Positions 1 through 9,470 of a DNA stretch of 64,000 nucleotides are shown in pieces. The position numbers were made by a program, and so were the translations under genes. Source of the DNA: an uncultured Acetobacteraceae bacterium. GTDB taxonomy: Bacteria; Pseudomonadota; Alphaproteobacteria; CACIAM-22H2. Under the pieces are notes generated by a model. It saw only the letters and a list, made by a program, of their open reading frames with translations. It was not told where the DNA came from and ran no database searches. Where the stretch lies: assembly GCA_964434345.1 (NCBI GenBank), contig CAYSUY010000002.1:4708-68707 (forward strand), read 5' to 3'. Positions within the stretch are counted from its first letter, which is position 1, and each line of letters starts with the position of its first letter.

Positions 1-451
1 CATTGATCGTCACCGGATGGTCGGCGGCAAGCAGACCATCGTCCACCAGCGGTCGCAGCAGCGCGATCGCCCCGGTGGGATAGCACCCGGGATTGGCGAC
101 GCGACGCGCGGCGCGAACGGCTGCGGACTGCTCGGCGGACAGTTCGGGAAAGCCGAAGACCCATCCGGGGGCGGTGCGATGGGCCGTGCTTGCATCGATG
201 ATGCGCGGCGCCGCTGCGCCAAGTTCATCGGCCAGCCCCACCGCCTCGCGCGCGGCATCGTCGGGAAGGCAGAGGATCACCACGTCGACGGACGCCATCA
301 TCGCGCGCCGGGCTGCCGGATCCTTGCGCCGGTCGGCGGCGATCGACTTCACGACGATGGCGGGGTGGGCCTCCAGACGTTGACGAATGCCGAGGCCGGT
401 CGTGCCCGCTTCTCCATCGATGAAGACCGTATGCTGGGTGCTGGCGCTCAT
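1..451 (-). CDS. argC: N-acetyl-gamma-glutamyl-phosphate reductase (short type-2 ArgC), 5' portion only; the gene continues beyond the window start
   Basis: Manual minus-strand translation from the ATG at ~449-451 gives [26 protein letters not shown]...ANPGCYPTG... The GCYPTG active-site motif and the GEAGTTG N-terminus are typical of ArgC type 2. The ORF runs off the window edge, so it is absent from the ORF track. rplM-rpsI-argC synteny supports the call. Confidence 0.8.
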   Translation of the reverse strand, partial: MSASTQHTVFIDGEAGTTGLGIRQRLEAHPAIVVKSIAADRRKDPAARRAMMASVDVVILCLPDDAAREAVGLADELGAAAPRIIDASTAHRTAPGWVFGFPELSAEQSAAVRAARRVANPGCYPTGAIALLRPLVDDGLLAADHPVTIN

Positions 452-592
452 GTCGATGATCTCCTGCTGCCGCGCCCGCCGCACCTGTGGTCGAAGGAGG
501 CGCGGACCGGGCAAAGAAAAAGGGGCGTTCCGGCGAGGAGCGCCCCTTTTCCCTTGGACACGCCCCGGACCGGGGCCGACGCGCGCGGCGCG

Positions 593-1117
593 TCAGCGCT
601 TCGAGAACTGGAAGCTGCGTCGCGCCTTCGCGCGGCCGTACTTCTTGCGCTCGACCACGCGGCTGTCGCGGGTCAGGAAGCCGACCTGCTTCAGGATCTT
701 GCGCAGCGCCGGCTCGTACAGGGTCAGCGCCTTCGAGATGCCGTGGCGCACCGCGCCGGCCTGGCCCGAGAGCCCGCCGCCGACGACCGTGCACATGACG
801 TCGAACTGGTTGAGGCGGTCGGAGACCAGGAAGGGCTGCTGGATGATCATGCGCAGCACCGGGCGCGCGAAGTAGGTCTGCGCGTCGCGGCCGTTGATCG
901 TGATGCGGCCCTTGCCCGCCTTCACCCACACGCGGGCGACGGCGTTCTTGCGCTTGCCGGTGGCGTAGGCGCGGCCCTTGGCGTCCTTCTGCGGCGCGGG
1001 GAGCGCCTGCTCGCCGGCGGCGGCGCCCTGTGCCGCCGCGACGGCGGCGTTGGCCATCGCCAGGTCGGCGAGGCTGCGGGTGCGGGTCAGCGTGGTGCCC
1101 GTGTTCTTCTCGGCCAT
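593..1117 (-). CDS. rpsI: 30S ribosomal protein S9
   Basis: The 174 aa ORF contains [21 protein letters not shown] and a C-terminal [21 protein letters not shown], the universal S9 signature. Confidence 0.95.
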   Translation of the reverse strand: MAEKNTGTTLTRTRSLADLAMANAAVAAAQGAAAGEQALPAPQKDAKGRAYATGKRKNAVARVWVKAGKGRITINGRDAQTYFARPVLRMIIQQPFLVSDRLNQFDVMCTVVGGGLSGQAGAVRHGISKALTLYEPALRKILKQVGFLTRDSRVVERKKYGRAKARRSFQFSKR

Positions 1118-1121
1118 GGTG

Positions 1122-1595
1122 TCACGCGCTCCGCTTGTTCTTGGGGTTCATCTTCGCGACGTCGAGGACGGTGGGGTTCTGCGCGGCGTGCGGATGCTCC
1201 GGGCCGGCATAGACCTTGAGGTTGCCCATCTGGTCGCGGGCCAGCGGCGAGTCCTTCTTCATCATGCGCTCGACCGCGCGGACCACCAGCTTGTGCGGCG
1301 TCTTGCCGGCGAGGGTCTGGCGCGGGGTGCGCTCCTTCACGCCACCCGGGAAGCCGGTGTGGTAGTGGAACACCTTGTCGTTCATCTTGTTGCCGGTCAG
1401 GCGGACCTTCGCGGCGTTGATGATGACGACGTTGTCGCCGCAATCGACGTGCGGCGTGAAACCGGGCTTGTGCTTGCCCTTGAGGCGAAGCGCCACGATC
1501 GAAGCGAGACGCCCGAGAACGACGCCATCGGCATCGATCAGGATCCACTTCTTGTCCTTCGCCGCAGCCGCGACGGTCATCGAATAGGTTTTCAT
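1122..1595 (-). CDS. rplM: 50S ribosomal protein L13
   Basis: Internal ATG gives MKTYSMT...[18 protein letters not shown]...HYHTGFPGG..., which is classic L13. It ends 4 nt upstream of rpsI. I preferred the start at M30 of the track ORF over the N-terminal extension. Confidence 0.93.
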   Translation of the reverse strand: MKTYSMTVAAAAKDKKWILIDADGVVLGRLASIVALRLKGKHKPGFTPHVDCGDNVVIINAAKVRLTGNKMNDKVFHYHTGFPGGVKERTPRQTLAGKTPHKLVVRAVERMMKKDSPLARDQMGNLKVYAGPEHPHAAQNPTVLDVAKMNPKNKRSA

Positions 1596-1751
1596 CGGGT
1601 ACAGGGCCCTGTTTGTGCGGTCGCCGACGCCGGGGACCGGCGCGAGGCGGCGGAGTATCTTCACCACCCCCTCTTGCGTCAACGGAAAACGCTGTCGTTG
1701 CGACGTTTTATCGATACGGTATCATAGTACCGCTTGCCCGCACCCCGCCGA

Positions 1752-2180
1752 TCAGGCGCGCGGCGGTATCGAGTAGGTCCCCGTGACATGAGCGACGGCA
1801 TCGGCCTCGCCCTCCGACCGCAGGACGACCTCCGACACCGCGAGGCGCTTGCCCAGCTTGAGGATACGGCCCTCGGCCAGGACGTCGCGAGGCGCCGGCT
1901 TGCGCAGAAAATTGATGTTCAGGCTGGTGGTCACCGCCAGTTCCACCTTGCCGATCATGGAGAGCGTCACGGCGTACATCGCATAATCGGCGAGCGCCAT
2001 GAGGATCGGCCCCGCGATCGTGCCGCCGGGACGCAGAAAGCCCCCGTCGTAAGGCGCGCGGGCGACCGCGTGCCCGTAAGCAAGCGCATCGAGACGAAAA
2101 CCGAGCTGTCGCGCGATCGGCAACTGGGCGTCGACGAGGGCGTCGAACGCAGCGTGGGACAGCAGGGGGGCGATGGTCAT
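1752..2180 (-). CDS. PaaI/hotdog-fold acyl-CoA thioesterase family protein
   Basis: 142 aa from the internal ATG (MTIAPLLSHAAFDALV...). The size and hydrophobic core motifs resemble PaaI/YbgC-like thioesterases. It is divergent from the enoyl-CoA hydratase gene. Confidence 0.6.
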   Translation of the reverse strand: MTIAPLLSHAAFDALVDAQLPIARQLGFRLDALAYGHAVARAPYDGGFLRPGGTIAGPILMALADYAMYAVTLSMIGKVELAVTTSLNINFLRKPAPRDVLAEGRILKLGKRLAVSEVVLRSEGEADAVAHVTGTYSIPPRA

Positions 2181-2254
2181 CGGCCGGCCTTTCGCCTTGA
2201 ACTCGACCAGAAGAGGGCCGCAAATACAAGCGCACATCCTTCGCGTCCAGGAAC

Positions 2255-3064
2255 ATGCCCATGCCTCCCGCCGTGCCACACGACGACGAAATCCCGTTGC
2301 TCCTGCGGGACGATGCCGATGGCGTGACGACGCTGCGCCTCAACCGGCCCGGGGCCTACAATGCCCTGTCGGCTGGCCTGATGCGCGCGCTGCACCAGAC
2401 CCTGGACTCGATCGCCACCGACGAGACCGTGCGCGTCGTCGTCGTCGCGGGCGCGGGCAAGGGCTTCTGCGCGGGGCACGACCTGCGCGAACTGCGCGCC
2501 CGGCCAGAGCGCGCGGCCTACGAGGCGCTGTTCACCGCCTGCTCGGCCCTGATGCAGCGCATCGTCTCGTTGCCGAAGCCGGTCATCGCGCGGGTTCACG
2601 GAATCGCCACCGCCGCGGGGTGCCAGCTGGTCGCCAGCTGCGATCTCGCCGTGGCGGCGCGCAGCGCGCGCTTCGCGGTCCCGGGCGTCAATATCGGCCT
2701 GTTCTGCTCGACCCCGATGGTAGCCCTCTCGCGCGCCGTGGGCCGGAAGGCGGCGATGGAAATGCTGCTGACCGGCGATCTCGTCGATGCGCAGACCGCG
2801 CAGCGCTTTGGCCTGGTCAACCGCGTGACCGACGAGGACGCTCTTGAGGTGGAGACCCTCGCCCTTGCCCGTCAAATCGCATCGAAATCGCCACTGACCC
2901 TCGCGATCGGCAAGGAGGCTTTCTACCGGCAGGCCGAGATGGACCTCGCCGGCGCATATCGCTATGCGAGCGAGGTGATGACCCGCAACATGCTCGCGCG
3001 CGACGCCGAGATCGGCATCGACGCCCTGCTTGCGAAAACCAGCCCGCAATGGTGTGGACGATGA
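2255..3064 (+). CDS. enoyl-CoA hydratase/isomerase (crotonase) family protein
   Basis: Contains VVVAGAGKGFCAGHDL..., ...PVIARVHGIATAAGCQL... and ...AVPGVNIGLF, the crotonase-fold oxyanion-hole motifs. Confidence 0.88.
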   Translation: MPMPPAVPHDDEIPLLLRDDADGVTTLRLNRPGAYNALSAGLMRALHQTLDSIATDETVRVVVVAGAGKGFCAGHDLRELRARPERAAYEALFTACSALMQRIVSLPKPVIARVHGIATAAGCQLVASCDLAVAARSARFAVPGVNIGLFCSTPMVALSRAVGRKAAMEMLLTGDLVDAQTAQRFGLVNRVTDEDALEVETLALARQIASKSPLTLAIGKEAFYRQAEMDLAGAYRYASEVMTRNMLARDAEIGIDALLAKTSPQWCGR

Positions 3065-3546
3065 ACCACGACAGCTATTCCGACGCCTATATCGGCACGA
3101 TCCTGCGCGAGACACGCAGGATCGCCATGATCGGCGCCTCGCCGAACTGGAACAGGCCCAGCTTCTTCGCGATGAAGTATCTCCAGTCGAAGGGCTACCG
3201 GGTCATCCCGGTGAACCCGGCCGCCGCCGGTCAGGAGATCCTCGGCGAACCTGTCTACGCCGCCCTCGCAGACATCCCCGAACCGGTCGACATGGTCGAC
3301 ATCTTCCGCAACTCCGAGGCCGCGGCCGCCATCGTCGACGAGGCGATCACCTGCGGCGCGCGAACGGTCTGGATGCAACTCGGCGTGCGCAACGACGATG
3401 CCGCCGCCCGCGCCGAAACCGCCGGGCTGCGGGTCGTGATGAATCGCTGTCCGAAGATCGAGTTCGGGCGTCTGACCGGCGCGCTGTCCTGGGGCGGCAT
3501 CAATTCCGGCGTGATCTCGTCGCGCCGACGCCGCGGCATCGCCTGA
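3061..3546 (+). CDS. CoA-binding domain protein (YccU/YneT-like)
   Basis: MNHDSYSDAYIGTILRETRRIAMIGASPNWNRPSFF...GYRVIPVNP... is CoA-binding Rossmann-like. Its ATG overlaps the upstream ECH stop (ATGA). Confidence 0.8.
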   Translation: MNHDSYSDAYIGTILRETRRIAMIGASPNWNRPSFFAMKYLQSKGYRVIPVNPAAAGQEILGEPVYAALADIPEPVDMVDIFRNSEAAAAIVDEAITCGARTVWMQLGVRNDDAAARAETAGLRVVMNRCPKIEFGRLTGALSWGGINSGVISSRRRRGIA

Positions 3547-3572
3547 CCCGGCACATCACAGGACGCTTTGCC

Positions 3573-4154
3573 ATGGATCTTCTCTTCGGGCCGCTGGCGG
3601 TCTCGACCGGCGTGGTCGCGCTCGCCGAGATCGGCGACAAGACCCAGCTTCTCGCGCTGGTCCTCGCCGCGCGGTTCCGTCGGCCCTGGCCGATCGTTGC
3701 CGGCATCCTCGTCGCCACGATCGCGAACCATGCGGTCGCCGGGCTCGCCGGCGCCTGGTTCGCACACCTGCTCGACGGTCCCTGGCTGCGCTGGATCATC
3801 GCCGGATCCTTCGTCGCCGTCGGGATCTGGGCACTGTTTCCGGATCGCTTCGAGGACGACGACAAGCCTGCGATGGACCGCTATGGCGCCTTCCTGACCA
3901 CCGCCATAGCCTTCTTCTTCGTGGAGATCGGCGACAAGACCCAGATCGCGACCGTCGCGCTGGCTGGTCGCTTCGCCGCCGATGTCGCGGCGGTGGTCGC
4001 GGGCACGACGATCGGGATGGTCCTGGCGAACGCGCCTGCGGTCTGGCTTGGCGACAAGCTGGCGCACAGGCTGCCGCTCAAGCTGATCCGCATCTGTGCC
4101 GCGAGCGTGTTCGTCATCCTCGGCATCGCAGCCTTCTTCATGCTCGGCGCCTGA
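3573..4154 (+). CDS. GDT1/TMEM165 (UPF0016) family membrane protein, putative Mn2+/Ca2+:H+ exchanger
   Basis: 193 aa with the duplicated E-x-G-D-K-T motif (AEIGDKTQ and VEIGDKTQ) and six predicted hydrophobic segments. Confidence 0.85.
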   Translation: MDLLFGPLAVSTGVVALAEIGDKTQLLALVLAARFRRPWPIVAGILVATIANHAVAGLAGAWFAHLLDGPWLRWIIAGSFVAVGIWALFPDRFEDDDKPAMDRYGAFLTTAIAFFFVEIGDKTQIATVALAGRFAADVAAVVAGTTIGMVLANAPAVWLGDKLAHRLPLKLIRICAASVFVILGIAAFFMLGA

Positions 4155-4220
4155 CGGCCGCCTTCCTTGGCCCGTCACGCGCGGGCGACATCGCCGCACC
4201 GCATCGGAGACAATCCCGTC

Positions 4221-5531
4221 ATGACCGACAAGCCCCCAGCCTCTCCCGCCGACCGCTCCTATGCCTTCGAGACGCGTGCGGTGCATGCCGGCGCCGGTCC
4301 CGACCCGACCACGGGCGCGCGCAACGTGCCGATCTATCAGACGACGTCCTACGTCTTCGACGATGTCGACCATGCGGCGTCGCTCTTCAACCTGCAGGAT
4401 TTCGGCTACGTCTACACGCGCCTGGGCAATCCGACCGTTTCGGCCCTCGAGGAGCGCGTGGCGAGTCTCGAGGGCGGTCGCGGAGCCGTCGCCGCGGCGT
4501 CAGGACATGCCGCCCAGCTGCTTGCCTTCTTCTCGCTGATGGAACCCGGCGACGAGTTCATCGCGTCGCGGAACCTGTATGGCGGGTCGATCACCCAGTT
4601 CTCGCACGCCTTCAAGCGCTTCGGCTGGTCGGTCAAGTTCGTCGATCCTGCCGACCCTGATGCGTTCCGGGCGGCGATCACGGCGCGCACCAAGGCCATC
4701 TTCATCGAGGTGCTCGCCAATCCGGGCGGGATCGTCGTCGATATCGAACCGATCGCCGCCATCGCGCGCGAGGCCGGCATCCTTCTGATGGTCGACAACA
4801 CCATGGCGTCACCCTGGCTGTTCCGGCCATTCGAATGGGGCGCCGACATCGTCATCCACTCGACGACGAAATTCCTCTCCGGTCACGGGACATCGATGGG
4901 CGGTGTCGTCATCGAGTCCGGGCGCTTCGACTGGGCGCGCAACGCGGCCCGCTACCCCGGCCTGACCAAGCCCGACCCGGCCTATCATGGCCTCACCTTC
5001 GCCGAGACGTTCGGCGATTTCGGCTACACGATGAAGACGCGGGCTGTTGCGCTGCGCGATCTCGGCCCGTCGATGGCGCCCATGAACGCGTTCATGACCC
5101 TGACCGGGATCGAGACGCTGCACCTGCGCATGGAGCGACACTGCGCCAATGCGCTGAAGGTCGCGCAATTCCTCGAAGGCCATCCGGCGATCGCCCGGGT
5201 CTCGTATGTCGGTCTGCCATCGAGCCCCTATCACGGCCTGGCGCGGAAATATCTGCGTCGCGGCTTCGGCTCGGTCTTCACGGTCAGCCTCAAGGGCGGG
5301 TTCGCGGCGGGCGTGCGCGCCGTCGAAGCCGTCGAGCTCGTGTCGCATCTCGCGAACATCGGCGACACGCGGTCCCTGATCATCCATCCCGCATCGACGA
5401 CGCACCGGCAACTGACGGAAGAGCAGCAGATCAAGGCCGGTGCCGGCCCGGACATCCTGCGGCTGTCCATCGGGATCGAGAATGCCGACGACATCATCCT
5501 CGACCTCGACCGCGCGCTGTCGAAGGCCTGA
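4221..5531 (+). CDS. metY: O-acetylhomoserine sulfhydrylase / aminocarboxypropyltransferase (PLP-dependent, Cys/Met gamma family)
   Basis: FETRAVHAG, YTRLGNPT, ...HSTTKFLSGHG... (PLP-lysine region) and overall MetY/Met17 colinearity. I chose the ATG at 4221 (MTDKPP...), which has GGAGA 10 nt upstream. Confidence 0.9.
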   Translation: MTDKPPASPADRSYAFETRAVHAGAGPDPTTGARNVPIYQTTSYVFDDVDHAASLFNLQDFGYVYTRLGNPTVSALEERVASLEGGRGAVAAASGHAAQLLAFFSLMEPGDEFIASRNLYGGSITQFSHAFKRFGWSVKFVDPADPDAFRAAITARTKAIFIEVLANPGGIVVDIEPIAAIAREAGILLMVDNTMASPWLFRPFEWGADIVIHSTTKFLSGHGTSMGGVVIESGRFDWARNAARYPGLTKPDPAYHGLTFAETFGDFGYTMKTRAVALRDLGPSMAPMNAFMTLTGIETLHLRMERHCANALKVAQFLEGHPAIARVSYVGLPSSPYHGLARKYLRRGFGSVFTVSLKGGFAAGVRAVEAVELVSHLANIGDTRSLIIHPASTTHRQLTEEQQIKAGAGPDILRLSIGIENADDIILDLDRALSKA

Positions 5532-5542
5532 CTTGAGCGCGG

Positions 5543-6754
5543 TTACTCGGCGGCCACCGCCGGCCGGCCCGCGGGGGGCGCCGCATCGCTGTCCGGGAGC
5601 ATGAATGCGCCGACGAGCGCTACGGCCGCCAGCACCCCCATCATCACGAACAGCCAGTAGAAACCACCCGTGCTGTCGTAGACCCAGGCGATCAGCGGCA
5701 CGGCACCCGCCGACACGCTGAGGGTCAGCACGAACTTGGCGCCGAAGCCCGTCCCCTGCCAGCGTCCCGGGGTGTAATGCGCGAGCAGCTTGTTTTCCGC
5801 GGGACCGGCAAGGGTGCTGGTGAACACAAGTCCGATCGTCAGAGCCAACAACAGCCAGGACTGGAGGAGCGCCGCGAGGAACAACCCCGGCGCCAGCAGG
5901 ACATAGGCGAAACGATAGACCTTCTCCGTCGGGAACCGATCCGCGATCCGGCCGCAAGTGGGCATCGAGAGCCCGACGCAGAGATAGACGAGGCCGACCA
6001 GTCCACCGATCCCGAGCGGACCGAGGCCGAATTCGGCCCCCATGCGCTGCTCGAACAGCTTCGGCAACATCACGGTGAAGGCCTGGAAGATGAGTCCGCC
6101 GCAGGTCATCGTCACCGACAGCAGGAAGAACGCGCGCAGCATCTCCTTGCGCGTGGGCGGCGCCTTCGCGGGGGGGCTGGAGAGATCGCCCTCGCCCACC
6201 ATCTCGCCGCGCCACGCGACGAAGAGCACGATCCCGATCGCCAGGGTCACGATGCCCGGCACGATGAAAGCCGCCCGCCAGGACCACCAATGGCACAGCG
6301 CGCCGGCGACCACCGGACCGAGAGCCACACCGATCGATCCGAACATCCCGATCCCGCCCAGCGCCCGGCCGCGATCGCGCATGCTGCGCACCACCCAGGC
6401 CATGCCGACGGGATGATAGATCGCCGCGAAGAAGCCGATCGCCGCCAGACCGGCCGCGAGCGCGAACGGGGTCGTCGCGAGCCCGGTCGCGATCGCCGAC
6501 GCACCTGCGCCGACGAGGTAGACGACCATCATGCCGCGTGTCGACCAGCGGTCTCCGAGCCATCCCGCCGGGAGCGCGGCGAGTCCGTACAGGATCTGAC
6601 CCGCGAGCATCAGCGCGATCAATTCGCCGTAGCTGCGCGCCCATTCACGCTCGAGAACGAGCACGACGGTCGGGTAGAGAAGCGTCAGCAGATGGTTGAG
6701 GCTGTGCCCGACATTGGAAAAGCCCTGGGCGAGGCGCGCGGCGCGAGTGTCCAT
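5543..6754 (-). CDS. MFS transporter
   Basis: About 403 aa from the internal ATG (MDTRAARLAQGF...) with 12 hydrophobic segments. The longer N-terminal extension in the track ORF is basic and low-complexity, so I rejected it. Confidence 0.8.
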   Translation of the reverse strand: MDTRAARLAQGFSNVGHSLNHLLTLLYPTVVLVLEREWARSYGELIALMLAGQILYGLAALPAGWLGDRWSTRGMMVVYLVGAGASAIATGLATTPFALAAGLAAIGFFAAIYHPVGMAWVVRSMRDRGRALGGIGMFGSIGVALGPVVAGALCHWWSWRAAFIVPGIVTLAIGIVLFVAWRGEMVGEGDLSSPPAKAPPTRKEMLRAFFLLSVTMTCGGLIFQAFTVMLPKLFEQRMGAEFGLGPLGIGGLVGLVYLCVGLSMPTCGRIADRFPTEKVYRFAYVLLAPGLFLAALLQSWLLLALTIGLVFTSTLAGPAENKLLAHYTPGRWQGTGFGAKFVLTLSVSAGAVPLIAWVYDSTGGFYWLFVMMGVLAAVALVGAFMLPDSDAAPPAGRPAVAAE

Positions 6755-6901
6755 GACGCGACTGTCCGACGCCGCGCGCCCGATGTCCACGACTTCGTCC
6801 CGCCGGACCGCGATACGACCCCTTCCCGCCGAGGCCGCGCGCGGACTAGTCTCCGCCGCCAATGCGCCGGGTTCGTCAAGGCGTGAAAGAGCGGAACGCC
6901 A

Positions 6902-7258
6902 ATGACCGACAAATCCGGAGCTCCGATCCCCTTTCCGCTGCGCCGCAAGCCGGTGCCGGAGATCGCACCGCGTCGGCGCGGCCGCCCCGCCGGCCTCGCC
7001 GAGAACCCGGGCGAACCGACACCGGTGCAGCGCGACTGGCTGGCCCGCGGCCTGACGCAGGCGGGCGGAAAGCTGCCGCTGTTCATGGACGACGGGCGGC
7101 GGGTCGATCCTCGCACGATACGCAGTTGCATGGAGCAAGGCTGGGCCGAACCCTGGTTCGCGAACCCGCTCAAGCCTGACTGGCTGGTTTGCCGCCTGAC
7201 ACAGGCGGGACGCGACGCGCTCGCGCTCGACGACCCATCCGGGGACGACATGCCATGA
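6902..7258 (+). CDS. hypothetical small protein with an AT-hook-like RRRGRPAG motif and an internal duplicated DWLxxxLTQAG motif
   Basis: 118 aa ORF with strong GC3 bias. Its stop overlaps the start of the downstream MFS gene (ATGA), consistent with translational coupling. I recognise no family. Confidence 0.55.
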   Translation: MTDKSGAPIPFPLRRKPVPEIAPRRRGRPAGLAENPGEPTPVQRDWLARGLTQAGGKLPLFMDDGRRVDPRTIRSCMEQGWAEPWFANPLKPDWLVCRLTQAGRDALALDDPSGDDMP

Positions 7259-8514
7259 ACACCGCATCCGGCGACCGCGACACCGGCTTCGCACGCATCG
7301 TCGTCACATGCTTCCTGCCCTTCGCGGCGGGATACCTGCTGTCCTACATCTTCCGTACCGTCAACGCCGTGGTCGGCCCGCGACTCGCCGCCGAGTTGCA
7401 GATCGACATTCCCGCGCTTGGTGTCCTCACCAGCGCCTATTTCATCGGCTTCGTCCTGCTCCAGATACCCGCCGGGGTGATGCTCGATCGCTACGGCCCG
7501 CGCCGCGTCCAGATGGGATTGCTTCTCCTGGCCGCACTCGGCGCGTCGATCTTCGCCTTGTCTTCGTCGCTCGTCATGCTCGGCATCGGACGGACCCTCA
7601 TCGGCGCCGGTGTCGCGGCCTGCCTGATGGCCGGGTTCAAGGCGAACACGCTGTTCTGGCCGGCATCGAGACTTGGAACGGCGAATGGCGTCCTCCTCTC
7701 CTTCGCCGGTATCGGCGGTGCGATCGGTACGCTTCCGGTGACATGGCTCGCCGATACGGTGGGCTGGCGCGGCGTCTTCTGGGTCCTCGCCGCGGCTGCG
7801 GTCTGCGTCTCGGCGATCGTCTGGCGCGCCGTGCCCGACCGTCGCCCGACCACCGCGCAAAGCCTCGCGGATGCGCTCGGCGGCGTCCGCGAGGTGCTGA
7901 CGTCCCGCGCCTTCTGGCGCGTGGTGCCGCTCTCGGCTGCGACGCAGGCCGCCTTCCAGGCCTATCACACGCTCTGGACGGCACCCTGGCTCGTGGATGT
8001 GGCCGGCTTCGCCCCGAGCGCCATTCCCGGGGCGATGCTGGCGATCCTGCTTGGCATCATTCCGGGCTATCTTCTGAGCGGATTGGTGACGGATCTCCTG
8101 TCGGCGCGCGGCGTGCCGCGTGCGCGCGTCTTCTCGCTCTACGCGGGTGCGTTCATCGCGATCCAGGCCGTCCTGGTCGTCGCACCGCTGTCTGGACTGC
8201 CCGCCATCGCGACGTGGATCGCCTATGTCGTTCTCGGCACAGGCAGCATGATCGCCTACGTGATCCTGACACCGCTCTTCGCGCCGGAACTCGCAGGACG
8301 CGTCAACACGGCCGTGAACCTGGTGGTGTTCATCGCCGCCTTCGCCATGCAGGCGTCGATCGGCTACGCCCTGGCCGCCCTCGAGACGCATGTCGGGCTG
8401 GGCCGCGCGTCGGCGCACGCGACGACGCTCGCCGCTATCCTGGTCATCCAGGCCATTGCCTGGGTCTGGCTCGCCACGGGACGCCGCGACCTCGAAAGCG
8501 GCGCACGCCGCTGA
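7255..8514 (+). CDS. MFS transporter
   Basis: MNTASGDRDTGFARIVVTCFLPFAAGYLLSYIFRTVNAVVGPRLAAEL... (about 419 aa) with 12 TM-like segments. Confidence 0.85.
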   Translation: MNTASGDRDTGFARIVVTCFLPFAAGYLLSYIFRTVNAVVGPRLAAELQIDIPALGVLTSAYFIGFVLLQIPAGVMLDRYGPRRVQMGLLLLAALGASIFALSSSLVMLGIGRTLIGAGVAACLMAGFKANTLFWPASRLGTANGVLLSFAGIGGAIGTLPVTWLADTVGWRGVFWVLAAAAVCVSAIVWRAVPDRRPTTAQSLADALGGVREVLTSRAFWRVVPLSAATQAAFQAYHTLWTAPWLVDVAGFAPSAIPGAMLAILLGIIPGYLLSGLVTDLLSARGVPRARVFSLYAGAFIAIQAVLVVAPLSGLPAIATWIAYVVLGTGSMIAYVILTPLFAPELAGRVNTAVNLVVFIAAFAMQASIGYALAALETHVGLGRASAHATTLAAILVIQAIAWVWLATGRRDLESGARR

Positions 8515-8517
8515 CGT

Positions 8518-9414
8518 TCATGCGCTGCGCCGCAGCGCCGCGATCTCCGACTGTGTCGGAAAGGCCGTGGACGTGCCGGGCCTCGTCACGGACAGGCTCG
8601 CGCCCGCAATGGCGAGACGCAACGCGCCAGCGGGATCGGAGCCGAGCGACAGTTCGGCAAGCAGGAGACCGACGAGCGTGTCGCCTGCGCCGGCCGTGTC
8701 GACGACATCCACCCGGGGTGCCTCGATCGCGATTTCGGATGCGCCATCCAGCAGCACGGCTCCGAGGGCACCGACGGTGAGAACCACCTGACACCTGCCG
8801 ACGAGCCGGCGCGAGGCGGCGTATGGATCCGCAAGGCCCGTCAACGCGACGGCTTCGACCTCGTTGACGATCAGGAGGTCGCACAGGGCGAGCACGGGGC
8901 CGAAATCGAAGGCCACCGGCGCGGCTTTCACCGCAACGCGGCACCCCCGTGCGCGCGCCGCCGCGGCGGCGGCCAGTGTCGCGTCGGCCGCAAGATTTCC
9001 CTGAAGCAGCAACCAATCCCCGGCGTCGAGCGACTCGACGACGACGGCGGCGGCGCGCTCCGGCGCGATGCCTCTCGCCGCGGCGGCGCTGCTGGCGATC
9101 ATGTTGCGGCCACGCCCGTCCACCCAGATCGACGACATGTCGGTCGCCGCAGGAGAATCGATCCATCGCACCCGGGCGACCGGCTCGCACGCCACCGCCG
9201 CGCGCAGCACGACACCCGCATCGTCGGCTCCGATGGCGGCGGCGAAGTCGACCCGCGCGCCAGCCCGCGCCGCGACGATCGCCTGATTGAGTCCCTTGCC
9301 GCCCGGACACCGCATCGGCGCCTCGCCGAGGACGGTCTCTCCGATCGCCGGCAGACGTTCGACACGCTGCACCACGTCGAGCGTGGCATTGCCCAGGACC
9401 ATCAGCGTGCTCAT
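8518..9414 (-). CDS. PfkB-family carbohydrate kinase (ribokinase-like)
   Basis: MVLGNATLDVV..., ...GGKGLNQA..., and the C-terminal anion hole VVDTAGAGDTLVG. It is co-directional with, and 56 nt downstream of, the ABC ATPase genes. Confidence 0.85.
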   Translation of the reverse strand: MSTLMVLGNATLDVVQRVERLPAIGETVLGEAPMRCPGGKGLNQAIVAARAGARVDFAAAIGADDAGVVLRAAVACEPVARVRWIDSPAATDMSSIWVDGRGRNMIASSAAAARGIAPERAAAVVVESLDAGDWLLLQGNLAADATLAAAAAARARGCRVAVKAAPVAFDFGPVLALCDLLIVNEVEAVALTGLADPYAASRRLVGRCQVVLTVGALGAVLLDGASEIAIEAPRVDVVDTAGAGDTLVGLLLAELSLGSDPAGALRLAIAGASLSVTRPGTSTAFPTQSEIAALRRSA

Positions 9415-9470
9415 CAGGGCCGATCCATCCGTCGTGCGCGATGCTTCGCTGATAGGGCGGCCACCGAGAT

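Noticed and set aside
1596-1751. A possible tRNA, small RNA or terminator between rplM and the thioesterase gene.
   Set aside because: No cloverleaf-compatible segment. Only a 4-bp hairpin with no U-tract. More likely the rplM-rpsI promoter region.
4155-4220. A possible SAM-II (metA-type) riboswitch upstream of metY, expected in alphaproteobacteria.
   Set aside because: Only 66 nt of GC-rich spacer are available. I cannot see the conserved SAM-II pseudoknot sequence, only a short GC hairpin that more likely terminates the upstream gene. Running Infernal with RF00521 on 4100-4230 would settle it.
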